From: a virus
Lineage: Duplodnaviria > Caudoviricetes
DNA: 39,927 bases
Strand: one strand, 5' to 3'
IMG/VR virus record: IMGVR_UViG_3300032327_000596
Location: 1-39,927 of that record
Part shown: positions 10,464-19,458 of the stretch, piece after piece
How the letters are laid out: every line of letters starts with the position of its first letter
How positions within the stretch are numbered: position 1 is the stretch's first letter
Made by a program: the position numbers and the translations under genes
The notes under the pieces: generated by a model
Told to the model about the DNA's origin: nothing
The model's database searches: none
What the model saw: only the letters and a program-made list of their open reading frames with translations

Positions 10464-10976
10464 ATGTCTAATACTAATACATATATTAAAAGCGGTCTTT
10501 GGAAAACGACTAATAAACCTACATTAGGTGAATTAAGTCTTGATGATCTTGTTAGATCTGTTACTTACACTTCTACAATTCCACAATCTTTTAATCCTCT
10601 ATTTACGGATACTTCTGGAACATTATCTGGTGTAGTTGCTACAGGAAAATATAGCATGTTATCTCCAAAGATTTGTTATTTTAGAGTGTATGTAGACTTT
10701 GCAGCTTGTACTAACTTTGGTACTTTACAGTATCAGATTACTTTACCTTTTCCATCTGTTCATACAATGAGACAAGCTGGAGGTACTTTACATCAAGTTA
10801 CAGGATCTTCATTGTATCACATTAGTGGTGTAACTGATATAGAAGTTAGTAATACTGTACACAAGTTATATTATTCAGGAAGTACAACTGATCTTGCTTG
10901 GAAATTCAATACACCAGTAGGAGCAACTACTGTAACTAGTCATTTTGATATTTCAGGTACATACGAAATTATTTAA
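10464..10976 (+). CDS. Virion-associated beta-rich protein with shared N-terminal docking motif
   Basis: N-terminus YIKSGLW...TLGELSL matches the N-termini of both tailspikes; C-terminal domain resembles tail-fibre tip beta-sandwiches (GKY....CYFRV...Y.ITLPF). Confidence 0.6.
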   Translation: MSNTNTYIKSGLWKTTNKPTLGELSLDDLVRSVTYTSTIPQSFNPLFTDTSGTLSGVVATGKYSMLSPKICYFRVYVDFAACTNFGTLQYQITLPFPSVHTMRQAGGTLHQVTGSSLYHISGVTDIEVSNTVHKLYYSGSTTDLAWKFNTPVGATTVTSHFDISGTYEII

Positions 10977-10988
10977 AAATATAAAATT

Positions 10989-12599
10989 ATGATACCACCA
11001 AAACAAATAGGTTGGGGAGTAGAAGAAAACCTTTTATGGCAAATCTCTAAACAATTAGAGAACTTGACAAATGTTACATATAATTCTAGGAATAGCCCAT
11101 TAAATTTTTTGAACTATTCAGCACAATCATCAAATCCACCCACACCAACAAGTGGATTTAATTTATTTGCTAATTCATCAGGTTTATTCAGCTGGAAAGG
11201 TACAAATGGATTTGTTAGAACATTTGATGGTACGGCTAATACAGCGGATAGAATGTACACTTTGCCAAATAATAATGGTACGATTGCATTGTTGGAAAGT
11301 ACACAGACTTTTAGTGGTGTTAATACTTTTACTAATAGTTTGACAGTAGTTAAAAATCTCTTTGCTTCTGGAAACGGAAGTGTCAATGTTCAAGTTGGTC
11401 AAAATACTGATACTGGAAATGGTAATTTTGCAGGAATTTGGATAAACCAATTAAGTACAAATAGAACTGTAACTAATTATGCTTTTTTATCGGATGCAAT
11501 TAATGGAAATATATTTAATTCCACTGTCGGATTTTTAGATTTTAGGATTGCAAATTCTTCAAAAATAAGAATACATAACAACGGAAATTTTTCAATAGGA
11601 ACTACAACTGATGCTGGTTATAAACTTGATGTCAATGGTACTGGTAGAATTTCATCTAATTTACTTGTGGGTTCATCTATTACACCAAATAACTTTTCAT
11701 TGAATATAAATAGTGGTGGTAATGGTAGTTATATTCACATTACAGACAGTATTACAGGCGTAACTTCAGCTGATGGTTTTATAATAGGTGTAACTGCAAC
11801 ACAAGAAGCAACACTTTTAAATAGAGAGGCAACTGCAATGACTTTTAGGACTACAGATCTTGAAAGAATGCGAATAACAGCTGGTGGTAATGTTTTAATT
11901 AATACTACCACGGATGCAGGATATAAATTAGATGTTGCTGGTACTGGAAGATTCAGTTCACAATTAACTGTATTGGGAAGTAGTTCTTCTCAACCAGCAT
12001 TATTAGCAAACGGGTTTGGTATAACAAGTAATCTTGGTAGAACACCAGCTCCAGGAAATGGTATAGCTTTAAGCATAGATGGTGGATTTCAAAATACAGA
12101 TGGAGGAACTGCGGCAAGTACAACTGTATCAATAGCAAACGTTGCAAGAATACAGCAAACTATTTTAAATGCTATTAATACAAATGTAACATATACAGTT
12201 GGTACAACATTAAGAATAGAAGGAGCACCAAATGCAGGAACAAATGTTACTATTACTAATCCTTATGCATTATATGTTAATAGTGGTCAAAGTTTCTTTG
12301 GTGGCAATGTTACTTTAGGTGTTGCAGGTAACAAATTAAATATTGCAACAGGTACAAATGCAAGTATTGGTACAGCAACATTAGTAGCAGGAACTGTAAC
12401 AGTAAGTACAACAGCAGTTACTACTAATTCAAAAATAATGTTAAGTTATAATACTCCAATCGGTACATTAGGAGTTGTTATAGCTGCACCAAGTGCAAGT
12501 ATTGTGAATGGTGTTAGTTTTGTAATTAATAGTTTAACAAGTGCTAATACTGTATTAACAACAGATTTATCAACTATAAATTGGTGGATAATTAACTAA
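10989..12599 (+). CDS. Tail/virion fibre protein
   Basis: Gly/Asn/Thr-rich; two copies of R....GN..I.TTTDAGYKLDV.GTGR; C-terminal GTATLVAGTVTV domain. Confidence 0.75.
   Translation: MIPPKQIGWGVEENLLWQISKQLENLTNVTYNSRNSPLNFLNYSAQSSNPPTPTSGFNLFANSSGLFSWKGTNGFVRTFDGTANTADRMYTLPNNNGTIALLESTQTFSGVNTFTNSLTVVKNLFASGNGSVNVQVGQNTDTGNGNFAGIWINQLSTNRTVTNYAFLSDAINGNIFNSTVGFLDFRIANSSKIRIHNNGNFSIGTTTDAGYKLDVNGTGRISSNLLVGSSITPNNFSLNINSGGNGSYIHITDSITGVTSADGFIIGVTATQEATLLNREATAMTFRTTDLERMRITAGGNVLINTTTDAGYKLDVAGTGRFSSQLTVLGSSSSQPALLANGFGITSNLGRTPAPGNGIALSIDGGFQNTDGGTAASTTVSIANVARIQQTILNAINTNVTYTVGTTLRIEGAPNAGTNVTITNPYALYVNSGQSFFGGNVTLGVAGNKLNIATGTNASIGTATLVAGTVTVSTTAVTTNSKIMLSYNTPIGTLGVVIAAPSASIVNGVSFVINSLTSANTVLTTDLSTINWWIIN
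11570..11960 (+). repeat. Internal repeat of a fibre shaft unit (TTTDAGYKLDVxGTGR, two copies)
   Basis: Copies near 11600 and 11905; diverged mainly at synonymous positions. Confidence 0.8.
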
Positions 12600-12611
12600 A
12601 ATAAAAATAAC

Positions 12612-12761
12612 ATGGGAATATCTGCAGGACAAATAGGACAATCATCTAGCACTAAAGCAAAATTACTTTTGCAAATTTCTAAGCAATTAGAATATCTTAC
12701 ACGTGTTATGTATAACTTTGGTAATTCACCAACTACTACTACAACAACTACTATATTATAA
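12612..12761 (+). CDS. 49-aa mini-protein: docking motif + poly-Thr tail (not in ORF track)
   Basis: MGISAGQIGQSSSTKAKLLLQISKQLEYLTRVMYNFGNSPTTTTTTTIL; homologous to the N-terminus of 10989 (QIG...LLWQISKQLENLTNVTYN). Confidence 0.8.
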   Translation: MGISAGQIGQSSSTKAKLLLQISKQLEYLTRVMYNFGNSPTTTTTTTIL

Positions 12762-12823
12762 TATTAAAAGAATCAACAATTAACTTGGATAAAAAACACA
12801 ACAAAAACTCTAGAGGAAATTTT

Positions 12824-13843
12824 ATGAAAAAAGATGTTATGTTATGTACAGCACAACCTACCGATACATACTTTGTATGGCAAAATCATCTTTATATAGA
12901 ATCTTGTTTACAGCAAGGTTTTAAAGAAGAACAAATACACATTCTTTTATATAGTCCTACAGGTAGACCTTATAATACTAGTTGGGATAAATTAAAAGAA
13001 TGTTATCCAAAACTAAATATATTTGTATATGAAGATAAAGGAGTTCAACAATTTTTAGGAACTTATATTCCTATATTAAGACCCCATATTCTTTGGCAAC
13101 ATTTTGAAAAATTTCCAGAATTACAAAATAGAACAATTATATACACAGATTGTGATATTCTTTGGTTAGATAGTTTAAATATAAATCATTTACTAGAAGA
13201 CGATGTAAATTATGTTAGTGATGCCAATTCATATTTAAATTATTCATATTTTGAAACTAAATATAAAGATGTATTTCCTGAAAAATTAGAAGAAGCTAAG
13301 TCAATAGATTTTTTAAAGGGAGTTTGTGATATAATAGGAATAGATAAGCAAATTGCAATAGATAATGATTTAAATACAGGAGGAGTACAATATATATTAA
13401 AGAATATAGATTCATCATTTTGGAAAAAAGTTGAATTAGATGTTCTTAAAATAAGAATGTATCTTCAACAAATGAATAGAATTTATTTCAAAGATGAAAA
13501 TTCTGGTATACAATCATGGTGTGCAGATTTATGGGCAGTACAATTTAATCTGTGGTATTTTAATAAAAAATCTGAAGTTACAAAAGAATTAGATTTTGCA
13601 TGGAGTACAGATCCAATAATTAAAATAGATACATATCCTATTCTTCACAATGCAGGAATAGTTTCTGAAACAGCAAATGGATACCCTGCTTTTTATAAAG
13701 GAAAATATCACATGGGAAGTGATCCTACTAAAGATCCTTATTTAGATATAATATTAAATAATGAAGAATCAAAAAAATATTGCACGTGGTATTATGTTAG
13801 TAATATAAATAAAATTAAAGAAAAGTACAATTTAAACTATTAA
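12824..13843 (+). CDS. GT-A glycosyltransferase resembling peptide O-glycosyltransferases HPAT/SERGT1 (GT95/GT96-like)
   Basis: YFVWQ..., YIPILRPHILWQHF, IIYTDCDIL (DxD), SWCADLWA, PILHNAG. ATG at 12824 preferred over TTG 12785. Confidence 0.7.
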   Translation: MKKDVMLCTAQPTDTYFVWQNHLYIESCLQQGFKEEQIHILLYSPTGRPYNTSWDKLKECYPKLNIFVYEDKGVQQFLGTYIPILRPHILWQHFEKFPELQNRTIIYTDCDILWLDSLNINHLLEDDVNYVSDANSYLNYSYFETKYKDVFPEKLEEAKSIDFLKGVCDIIGIDKQIAIDNDLNTGGVQYILKNIDSSFWKKVELDVLKIRMYLQQMNRIYFKDENSGIQSWCADLWAVQFNLWYFNKKSEVTKELDFAWSTDPIIKIDTYPILHNAGIVSETANGYPAFYKGKYHMGSDPTKDPYLDIILNNEESKKYCTWYYVSNINKIKEKYNLNY

Positions 13844-13847
13844 TAAA

Positions 13848-14252
13848 ATGGCAGATCAGAGAAATTTAAAATCATTTGTTCGCTACGATGGTAGCGGAAA
13901 GGTTGTTGTAGGCAGCCTTATTCTGAGAAAAAATAAACCTAAAGTAGGTAAGTGGAAAGAAATACAGGGGTATGAGTGTTGTAATGATATTACACTTACC
14001 ACTACAGTAACTGCTACTATTACTAACTTTCAAGTTAAATTGTTTTGCGCAGGAACATTAACTAAAACATTAATTTCAGGACAAAACTCTACATCAGTAG
14101 CAGACCTAGTTACTAAGTTGAATTCAGCTTATTCTTTACTAGGAGTATTCTCTACAACTGGTGGAACAAATCTTACACTTGTATTGACAGGTGCTCAAGA
14201 ATTGGCTATTTGTTCTAATTTAGCTCCAACCTTTACAGTTACCGCAGTATAA
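13848..14252 (+). CDS. Virion-associated protein, basic N-terminal module + Thr-rich C-terminal part
   Basis: LKSFVRYDGSG...KPKVGKW...YECCN followed by ITLTTTVTATIT. Confidence 0.55.
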   Translation: MADQRNLKSFVRYDGSGKVVVGSLILRKNKPKVGKWKEIQGYECCNDITLTTTVTATITNFQVKLFCAGTLTKTLISGQNSTSVADLVTKLNSAYSLLGVFSTTGGTNLTLVLTGAQELAICSNLAPTFTVTAV

Positions 14253-14671
14253 TGGCTAAAACACTATTTCCACAACAAATGCTAAGCAATGGATCAGGAG
14301 AATTATCTCCTGATACTATTGCTACAAAGTTGACGTACTTTGAACTTCAACTTCACAATCTACATTGGGCTACAAGATCGTACGCTGAACACATAGCTCT
14401 TGGAGGCTTATACGATGCTGTATTTGATTTTAAAGATGAGATTGTTGAAAAAATTATGGGCTATTCAGGCACTCGAGCAAAGATTGGTAATCCAGGACAA
14501 TTCAAAGAATATTCTCCAGGAGTATCTTCAGTAGTTGTATCTGAATTAATAACATTTGCAAAGCAATTAGAAAACTATGCTTCTGCTAATAATATGCCAG
14601 ACATAGAGAATGTTGCTCAATCCTTATCAGGATCCGCAGCTAAAGTTAAATACTTATTAACGTTAAGTTAG
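14252..14671 (+). CDS. Ferritin/Dps-like four-helix protein (DUF5856-like)
   Basis: QLHNLHWATRSYAEHIALGGLYD...DEIVE...G, ending KYLLTLS. Confidence 0.8.
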   Translation: MAKTLFPQQMLSNGSGELSPDTIATKLTYFELQLHNLHWATRSYAEHIALGGLYDAVFDFKDEIVEKIMGYSGTRAKIGNPGQFKEYSPGVSSVVVSELITFAKQLENYASANNMPDIENVAQSLSGSAAKVKYLLTLS

Positions 14672-14953
14672 ATGCAAGTAGAGAAGAAGTTTTTTCCTAG
14701 TATAATGAGATATAACGATGAGTTATACTTTGCACATATTGAAGGAATCGTTGAATCGGTTGATGAACTATGTAGCATGGAAATAACTAATCGTAATAGC
14801 TCATATTTATTTAGAATAGCTCCTTCTCTACCAAAATATACTAATCTATTAATAGAAGAAATATTAAAATTCAATAATAGACTAGGCATTAAATTAAACT
14901 TGTCAAAGAGTATTAAAACAAGTTCAGTTATTTATTTTGATATTAACATATAA
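14672..14953 (+). CDS. Hypothetical protein
   Basis: 93-aa ORF abutting the upstream stop codon. Confidence 0.65.
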   Translation: MQVEKKFFPSIMRYNDELYFAHIEGIVESVDELCSMEITNRNSSYLFRIAPSLPKYTNLLIEEILKFNNRLGIKLNLSKSIKTSSVIYFDINI

Positions 14954-14960
14954 AATCAAT

Positions 14961-17102
14961 ATGGCAAAATTTATAAAAACAGGATACTGGTCAGAAAAGA
15001 AGACAGGGTACGAAGGAGAGTTAAATTTAACTAAAGAAATACTAGAAACTGCACTACCTCAACAAATAGATATAAATTCAAAACTGCAAACAGTTAATTC
15101 AATTTCTGCTTTACAATTGTTTACGGATGCATCAATTGCTTATTTTGATGGCTCAACATGGGAAAGAAAAAGTGGTAATGTGTCGAGTAACGGTGGTTCT
15201 TATGCAGGAACATTAATTCGAGTTTCAAGTTTGGTTTATTGGGAGAGAAAATTTAACAATCAAGTAAATGCAAGATGGTTTGGTTTAATAGGTGATGGAA
15301 CAATAGAAACTCAAAAACTACAATTAGCTGTTTCAAATTCAATTGGATATGAACTTTTTATAGAATCTGGTACATATATTACTAATAATATAACAGTTTA
15401 TTCAAATACTACTATTATTGGTAAAAATGCTATTTTAAAAATGGTAGGAAACTCTCCATTAGATAATTCAGTATTGTCAATAATTAATGCAACTAATGTT
15501 AAAGTTGAAGGATTAGAAATTGATTTATCGTTAGTTGTTTTAGGAGATATTTATGCAGGTACATCGGCTATTGAAATTAGATATTCAAACAATATAACTA
15601 TTAAAGATTGTTTTATTCATGATAGTAAATATGTAGCAATTAGATTTACAGTATCAAATAATAATTGTACTGTAACAGAATGTCAAATTACAAATACTGA
15701 TACTGGTATAATTTCAACAGGAGGTATTGTTGGTTTAATTGCTACTAATAATAGAATAAATGGAGGAACTTCTGAAGGAATTACTATATACGGATTAACA
15801 TCAAATACTCCTGCTGAACATTTTTTAATACAAGGTAATATAATTTCTGACAAAGAGGCGTATGGTATAAGTATTCCTTATGGTAAAAATGGAATTATAT
15901 CAAATAATAATATTTATAATTGTTTAGGTGGAGTTACTTTAAATGATACTAATTTACCTTTAATAACTTCAGATATTTTAATTGATAGTAATCATATTGA
16001 GGGAACTTCTTTTGGAATACGTTCAACTGCACTAAGAATTACAGTTACTAATAATTTTTTAAAAAATTTTATTAATGATGCTATTAACGTTGAAGGTTAT
16101 ATTGGAAATGATTCAATACTAATAGCAGATACTACAAATATATCTAATAATCATATAATATCTCCTGCTCAAGTTGGAGGTAATAGAGCAGGTATTCATA
16201 TTAAAGACGTAGTTAATTGTTACATAACAAATAATAAAATATTAACTAAAAAAATAAGTGGAGGTAGTGCTATTTATTTTCAAGGTATAATGAATAATGT
16301 TTATATTGAAAATAATATTTCAATAGATGGTAGCATAGTAACTCCAAAAACAATTTTTGATGAAAATATTTTTATTATGAATAATAAATTTTCATTTTTT
16401 TATATAAATGTTGTGCAGCCTATAAATTATATTATAAAATTAATTGTTGCAGATAATATATTTACTAATTCATCTCAATTAAACAAATTAATATCTTCAG
16501 CTTCAGGTATAGCAATTTCTGAAACAATTAGTCCGCAAATTGTTGCTAGAAATAACAATGATGTTTTAATAGGAATAAATTATAAACCAACTTTTCTTGA
16601 ACAAGGATTTACAGGAATTTCTAAATTTCCTGTTATGTTTAGAGGAGCAGAAGGAGATAACAATAGTTATCCTATAACAGTTAAAGGAGATGGTTTATCA
16701 ACAATTAATAAATATACTGGTATAAAATTAATGAATGGTAACTCTAACGAGTATTCAAAATGGGTTGGTATGATAGCTGTAGCAGAATCAGCAGCTGCTA
16801 ATCAAAATGGTTTTAGTATAGTTACAAATGATACGCAAAGATTAAGAGTATTTCATGATGGACAAGTTTGTATTCAAAGTGGAGGAACATTTACAAATTC
16901 AGGTGAATTACTTCAAGTAAATGGTACTGGAAGATTCACTGGAAATATTTTAGCACCACAGCACAATATTCCAGCTTTAAACACTCCACCAGCAAGTGCA
17001 ACCGCAACAGGAACAACAGGTGAAATTAGATGGGCAAATGGATTTGTTTATTTATGCGTTGCGACAAATACTTGGCAAAGAAGTGCTTTAACGACATGGT
17101 AA
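14961..17102 (+). CDS. Tailspike 1, pectate-lyase-like right-handed beta-helix depolymerase
   Basis: VNARWFGLIGDG..ET..LQ.A motif, N/I-rich beta-helix repeats, C-terminal PASATATGTTGEIRW...YLCVATNTW. Start set at ATG 14961 by homology with 17432. Confidence 0.8.
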   Translation: MAKFIKTGYWSEKKTGYEGELNLTKEILETALPQQIDINSKLQTVNSISALQLFTDASIAYFDGSTWERKSGNVSSNGGSYAGTLIRVSSLVYWERKFNNQVNARWFGLIGDGTIETQKLQLAVSNSIGYELFIESGTYITNNITVYSNTTIIGKNAILKMVGNSPLDNSVLSIINATNVKVEGLEIDLSLVVLGDIYAGTSAIEIRYSNNITIKDCFIHDSKYVAIRFTVSNNNCTVTECQITNTDTGIISTGGIVGLIATNNRINGGTSEGITIYGLTSNTPAEHFLIQGNIISDKEAYGISIPYGKNGIISNNNIYNCLGGVTLNDTNLPLITSDILIDSNHIEGTSFGIRSTALRITVTNNFLKNFINDAINVEGYIGNDSILIADTTNISNNHIISPAQVGGNRAGIHIKDVVNCYITNNKILTKKISGGSAIYFQGIMNNVYIENNISIDGSIVTPKTIFDENIFIMNNKFSFFYINVVQPINYIIKLIVADNIFTNSSQLNKLISSASGIAISETISPQIVARNNNDVLIGINYKPTFLEQGFTGISKFPVMFRGAEGDNNSYPITVKGDGLSTINKYTGIKLMNGNSNEYSKWVGMIAVAESAAANQNGFSIVTNDTQRLRVFHDGQVCIQSGGTFTNSGELLQVNGTGRFTGNILAPQHNIPALNTPPASATATGTTGEIRWANGFVYLCVATNTWQRSALTTW

Positions 17103-17416
17103 GTATTCTATTAATATTCCTCGCAAGCATAAGTAATGCAATAATGGACACGCTGAAAGACCATTTTAGCGTGTCTATATTCCAAAAACTCAATCAAGAA
17201 TTTTGGAATCCCTCAGTAAGTTATCGCAAAAAAACGATACTTACTTACAGGGTTGACGCATGGCATATTTTTAAGAGCATCACGATTATTTTGATATGTT
17301 TTGCCATTGTTTTTTATCAGAGTATTACAATATATCCTTTGGTAGATGTGGCAATATTAGGAATGGTTTGGAATATAACTTTTGAGATTGTATATAGATT
17401 ATTAAAAAGAAAATAA
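17096..17416 (+). CDS. Small membrane protein
   Basis: Three hydrophobic segments, NAIMD...FWNP..S...DAWH.FK; start at ATG 17096 supported by the paralogous fragment at 19257. Confidence 0.65.
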   Translation: MVSILLIFLASISNAIMDTLKDHFSVSIFQKLNQEFWNPSVSYRKKTILTYRVDAWHIFKSITIILICFAIVFYQSITIYPLVDVAILGMVWNITFEIVYRLLKRK

Positions 17417-17431
17417 TAAATTTAAATTAAT

Positions 17432-19246
17432 ATGTCAATATTTTTAAAGGCTGGCTATTGGTCAAGTAAGAAAAAAGGTAATCTAGGAGAGTTAGATTTA
17501 GATATAGAAATATATAAATATGCAACTGATGTTATTACAACTTCTTTAAATTTAAAATTACAAACTGTAAGTTCTATTTCTGAATTGAAAACGTACACAT
17601 CTTCAAACTTTGCCTACTTTGACGGCTCCACATGGGAAAAGAAAAGTGGAAATTTAGCGAGCAATGGAGGAAGTTACGCAGGAACAATTATTAATGTTTC
17701 GAGTAGTTTTTATTGGGAAAGGATATCTGATTATTATACTCCTGAGATGTTTGGTGCAGTTGGTGATGGATTAACTAATGATGCAAATAAGATTCAATCT
17801 GCTATTAATGCAACTGCTATTGGAGGAACGCTAATGTTTGCAAATAAAACTTATTTTATATCAAGCAGATTAACAATTAATAAAAGTATTAAAATAACAG
17901 GTGGATTGAATTCAATTGTTACTACAAATGGTCAAAACATAATTGAATTACTTAGTTGCTCTAATGTGAAAATAGAAAATATTAAGTTTTATTCAACATT
18001 AAATTCTACAAATGCTGATTTATTTGGTCTTGTTTATGCGTTCAATAAACAACTAACAAATATTACTATAATAAACTGTTATTTTTCTGTTCCTAATGTT
18101 CCCCAAAATGGCATTAAAATAATAACAGATTTAACAGGAAGTTATATTGAAAAATTGAATGTTGAAAAATGCACATTTGAATCAATAGGAAGAATGGGTG
18201 TTGAGATTCAAAATCATTTATTTGATGGTGTTTATAGAAGTAATAATATAACTATAAAAGATTGTATTTTTAAAGATTTAGGAATGAAAATAGGTGTAAG
18301 TCCAAATGGAGTTGAGCATTATGGAATGGCTATCAGTTTTTCAGGATTAGGTAGAAATAATAATTCAATAAATAACATAATTGATAACCCTTATGATATT
18401 GGTATAGAATACGCAAGTGGTGCAGGTAGCTATTCAACAATAGCTAATAATAATTTTATAAATATTACAAGAGTAAATACAGAAAAATCTAATGCAAATG
18501 TATTTGTATTAAGTGTAACAACAACTGGTAATCTTTCTTGTGATAATTTAGCGATTTATAAGAATTATTGCATTAGTACAACTTCAGTTGCAGCTTGTAG
18601 ATTTCAAAATCTTAAATATGCAAATATTTACAATAATGATTTTAATCTGAAGCAACCAATTTATTTTTTTAAAATGATGTATTCTACTATTTCTAATAAT
18701 ATTTTTATTTCAAGAGAAGCATATAGTGTTTATACAACTTCAGATAATCCTTTTTTTCCTGTTGCTTATAATATTTGGACTAATAATACATTCGATGTAA
18801 CAACTGCAACAGGTGTAATAGCTCCAGTTGTATTTGAAGAAGAAAGTAAAGAAAATATAATTGAAGGAGGTACACTAAGAAGGCTAGGAGATTCTAATAT
18901 TATGATAAATTTTGGTAGTGCAACAAATAATAAAATGGTTAATGTGAAAGTAAATAGTTTACCTAACAGTACAGTATTTAATGTTTCTATGACAGATGCA
19001 GACAAAACTCTTGAAGAATTTCAAGTACAATCAGGATTTATAGAAATTACTGGTACACTTACTGCCACAAGAATATTGTATGTACCGTTAACTAATAGAC
19101 CGCTTTACATAAAAAATTCAACTAATAATTCTCTTGAAATTAGATTAAGAGGGCAAACGGTAACAGGTGTTACTTTACCGAGTACAAATAGTAAAACTTA
19201 CTTAGTAGAAATTTCAAAAAATTCAACTTCTTGGATAAGTATTTAA
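17432..19246 (+). CDS. Tailspike 2, beta-helix depolymerase
   Basis: TPEMFGAVGDG.TND...IQSAIN motif; the first about 95 aa are paralogous to tailspike 1. Confidence 0.8.
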   Translation: MSIFLKAGYWSSKKKGNLGELDLDIEIYKYATDVITTSLNLKLQTVSSISELKTYTSSNFAYFDGSTWEKKSGNLASNGGSYAGTIINVSSSFYWERISDYYTPEMFGAVGDGLTNDANKIQSAINATAIGGTLMFANKTYFISSRLTINKSIKITGGLNSIVTTNGQNIIELLSCSNVKIENIKFYSTLNSTNADLFGLVYAFNKQLTNITIINCYFSVPNVPQNGIKIITDLTGSYIEKLNVEKCTFESIGRMGVEIQNHLFDGVYRSNNITIKDCIFKDLGMKIGVSPNGVEHYGMAISFSGLGRNNNSINNIIDNPYDIGIEYASGAGSYSTIANNNFINITRVNTEKSNANVFVLSVTTTGNLSCDNLAIYKNYCISTTSVAACRFQNLKYANIYNNDFNLKQPIYFFKMMYSTISNNIFISREAYSVYTTSDNPFFPVAYNIWTNNTFDVTTATGVIAPVVFEEESKENIIEGGTLRRLGDSNIMINFGSATNNKMVNVKVNSLPNSTVFNVSMTDADKTLEEFQVQSGFIEITGTLTATRILYVPLTNRPLYIKNSTNNSLEIRLRGQTVTGVTLPSTNSKTYLVEISKNSTSWISI

Positions 19247-19256
19247 TAAAATAATT

Positions 19257-19429
19257 ATGATAAGCATAGTATTTATATTTATTGCAAGTATAAATAATGC
19301 TTGCATGGACACATTAAAAGACCATTTTAACGTGTCAATATTTCAAGAATGACGGCTGGTGCGTTTGTATTTGACACGACAATCAATAGACCAAAGTTTT
19401 ACAATGGAAGTGCTTGGGTTCAATTATAA
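19257..19429 (+). pseudogene. Truncated copy of the 17096 membrane gene joined to a fibre C-terminal remnant
   Basis: 19257-19352 MISIVFIFIASINNACMDTLKDHFNVSIFQE* vs MVSILLIFLASISNAIMDTLKDHFSVSIFQK; 19349-19429 MTAGAFVFDTTINRPKFYNGSAWVQL*. Confidence 0.7.
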
Positions 19430-19458
19430 TAATAATTTTAAAAACATAATAAAAGAAA

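Noticed and set aside
17030-17095. Longer start for the membrane protein given in the ORF track
   Set aside because: Overlaps the tailspike C-terminus; the paralogue at 19257 begins at the residue equivalent to ATG 17096.
14961-17720. Diversity-generating retroelement TR/VR pair in the tailspike repeats
   Set aside because: Differences are largely synonymous and not adenine-specific, the repeats are N-terminal, and there is no reverse transcriptase in the window.
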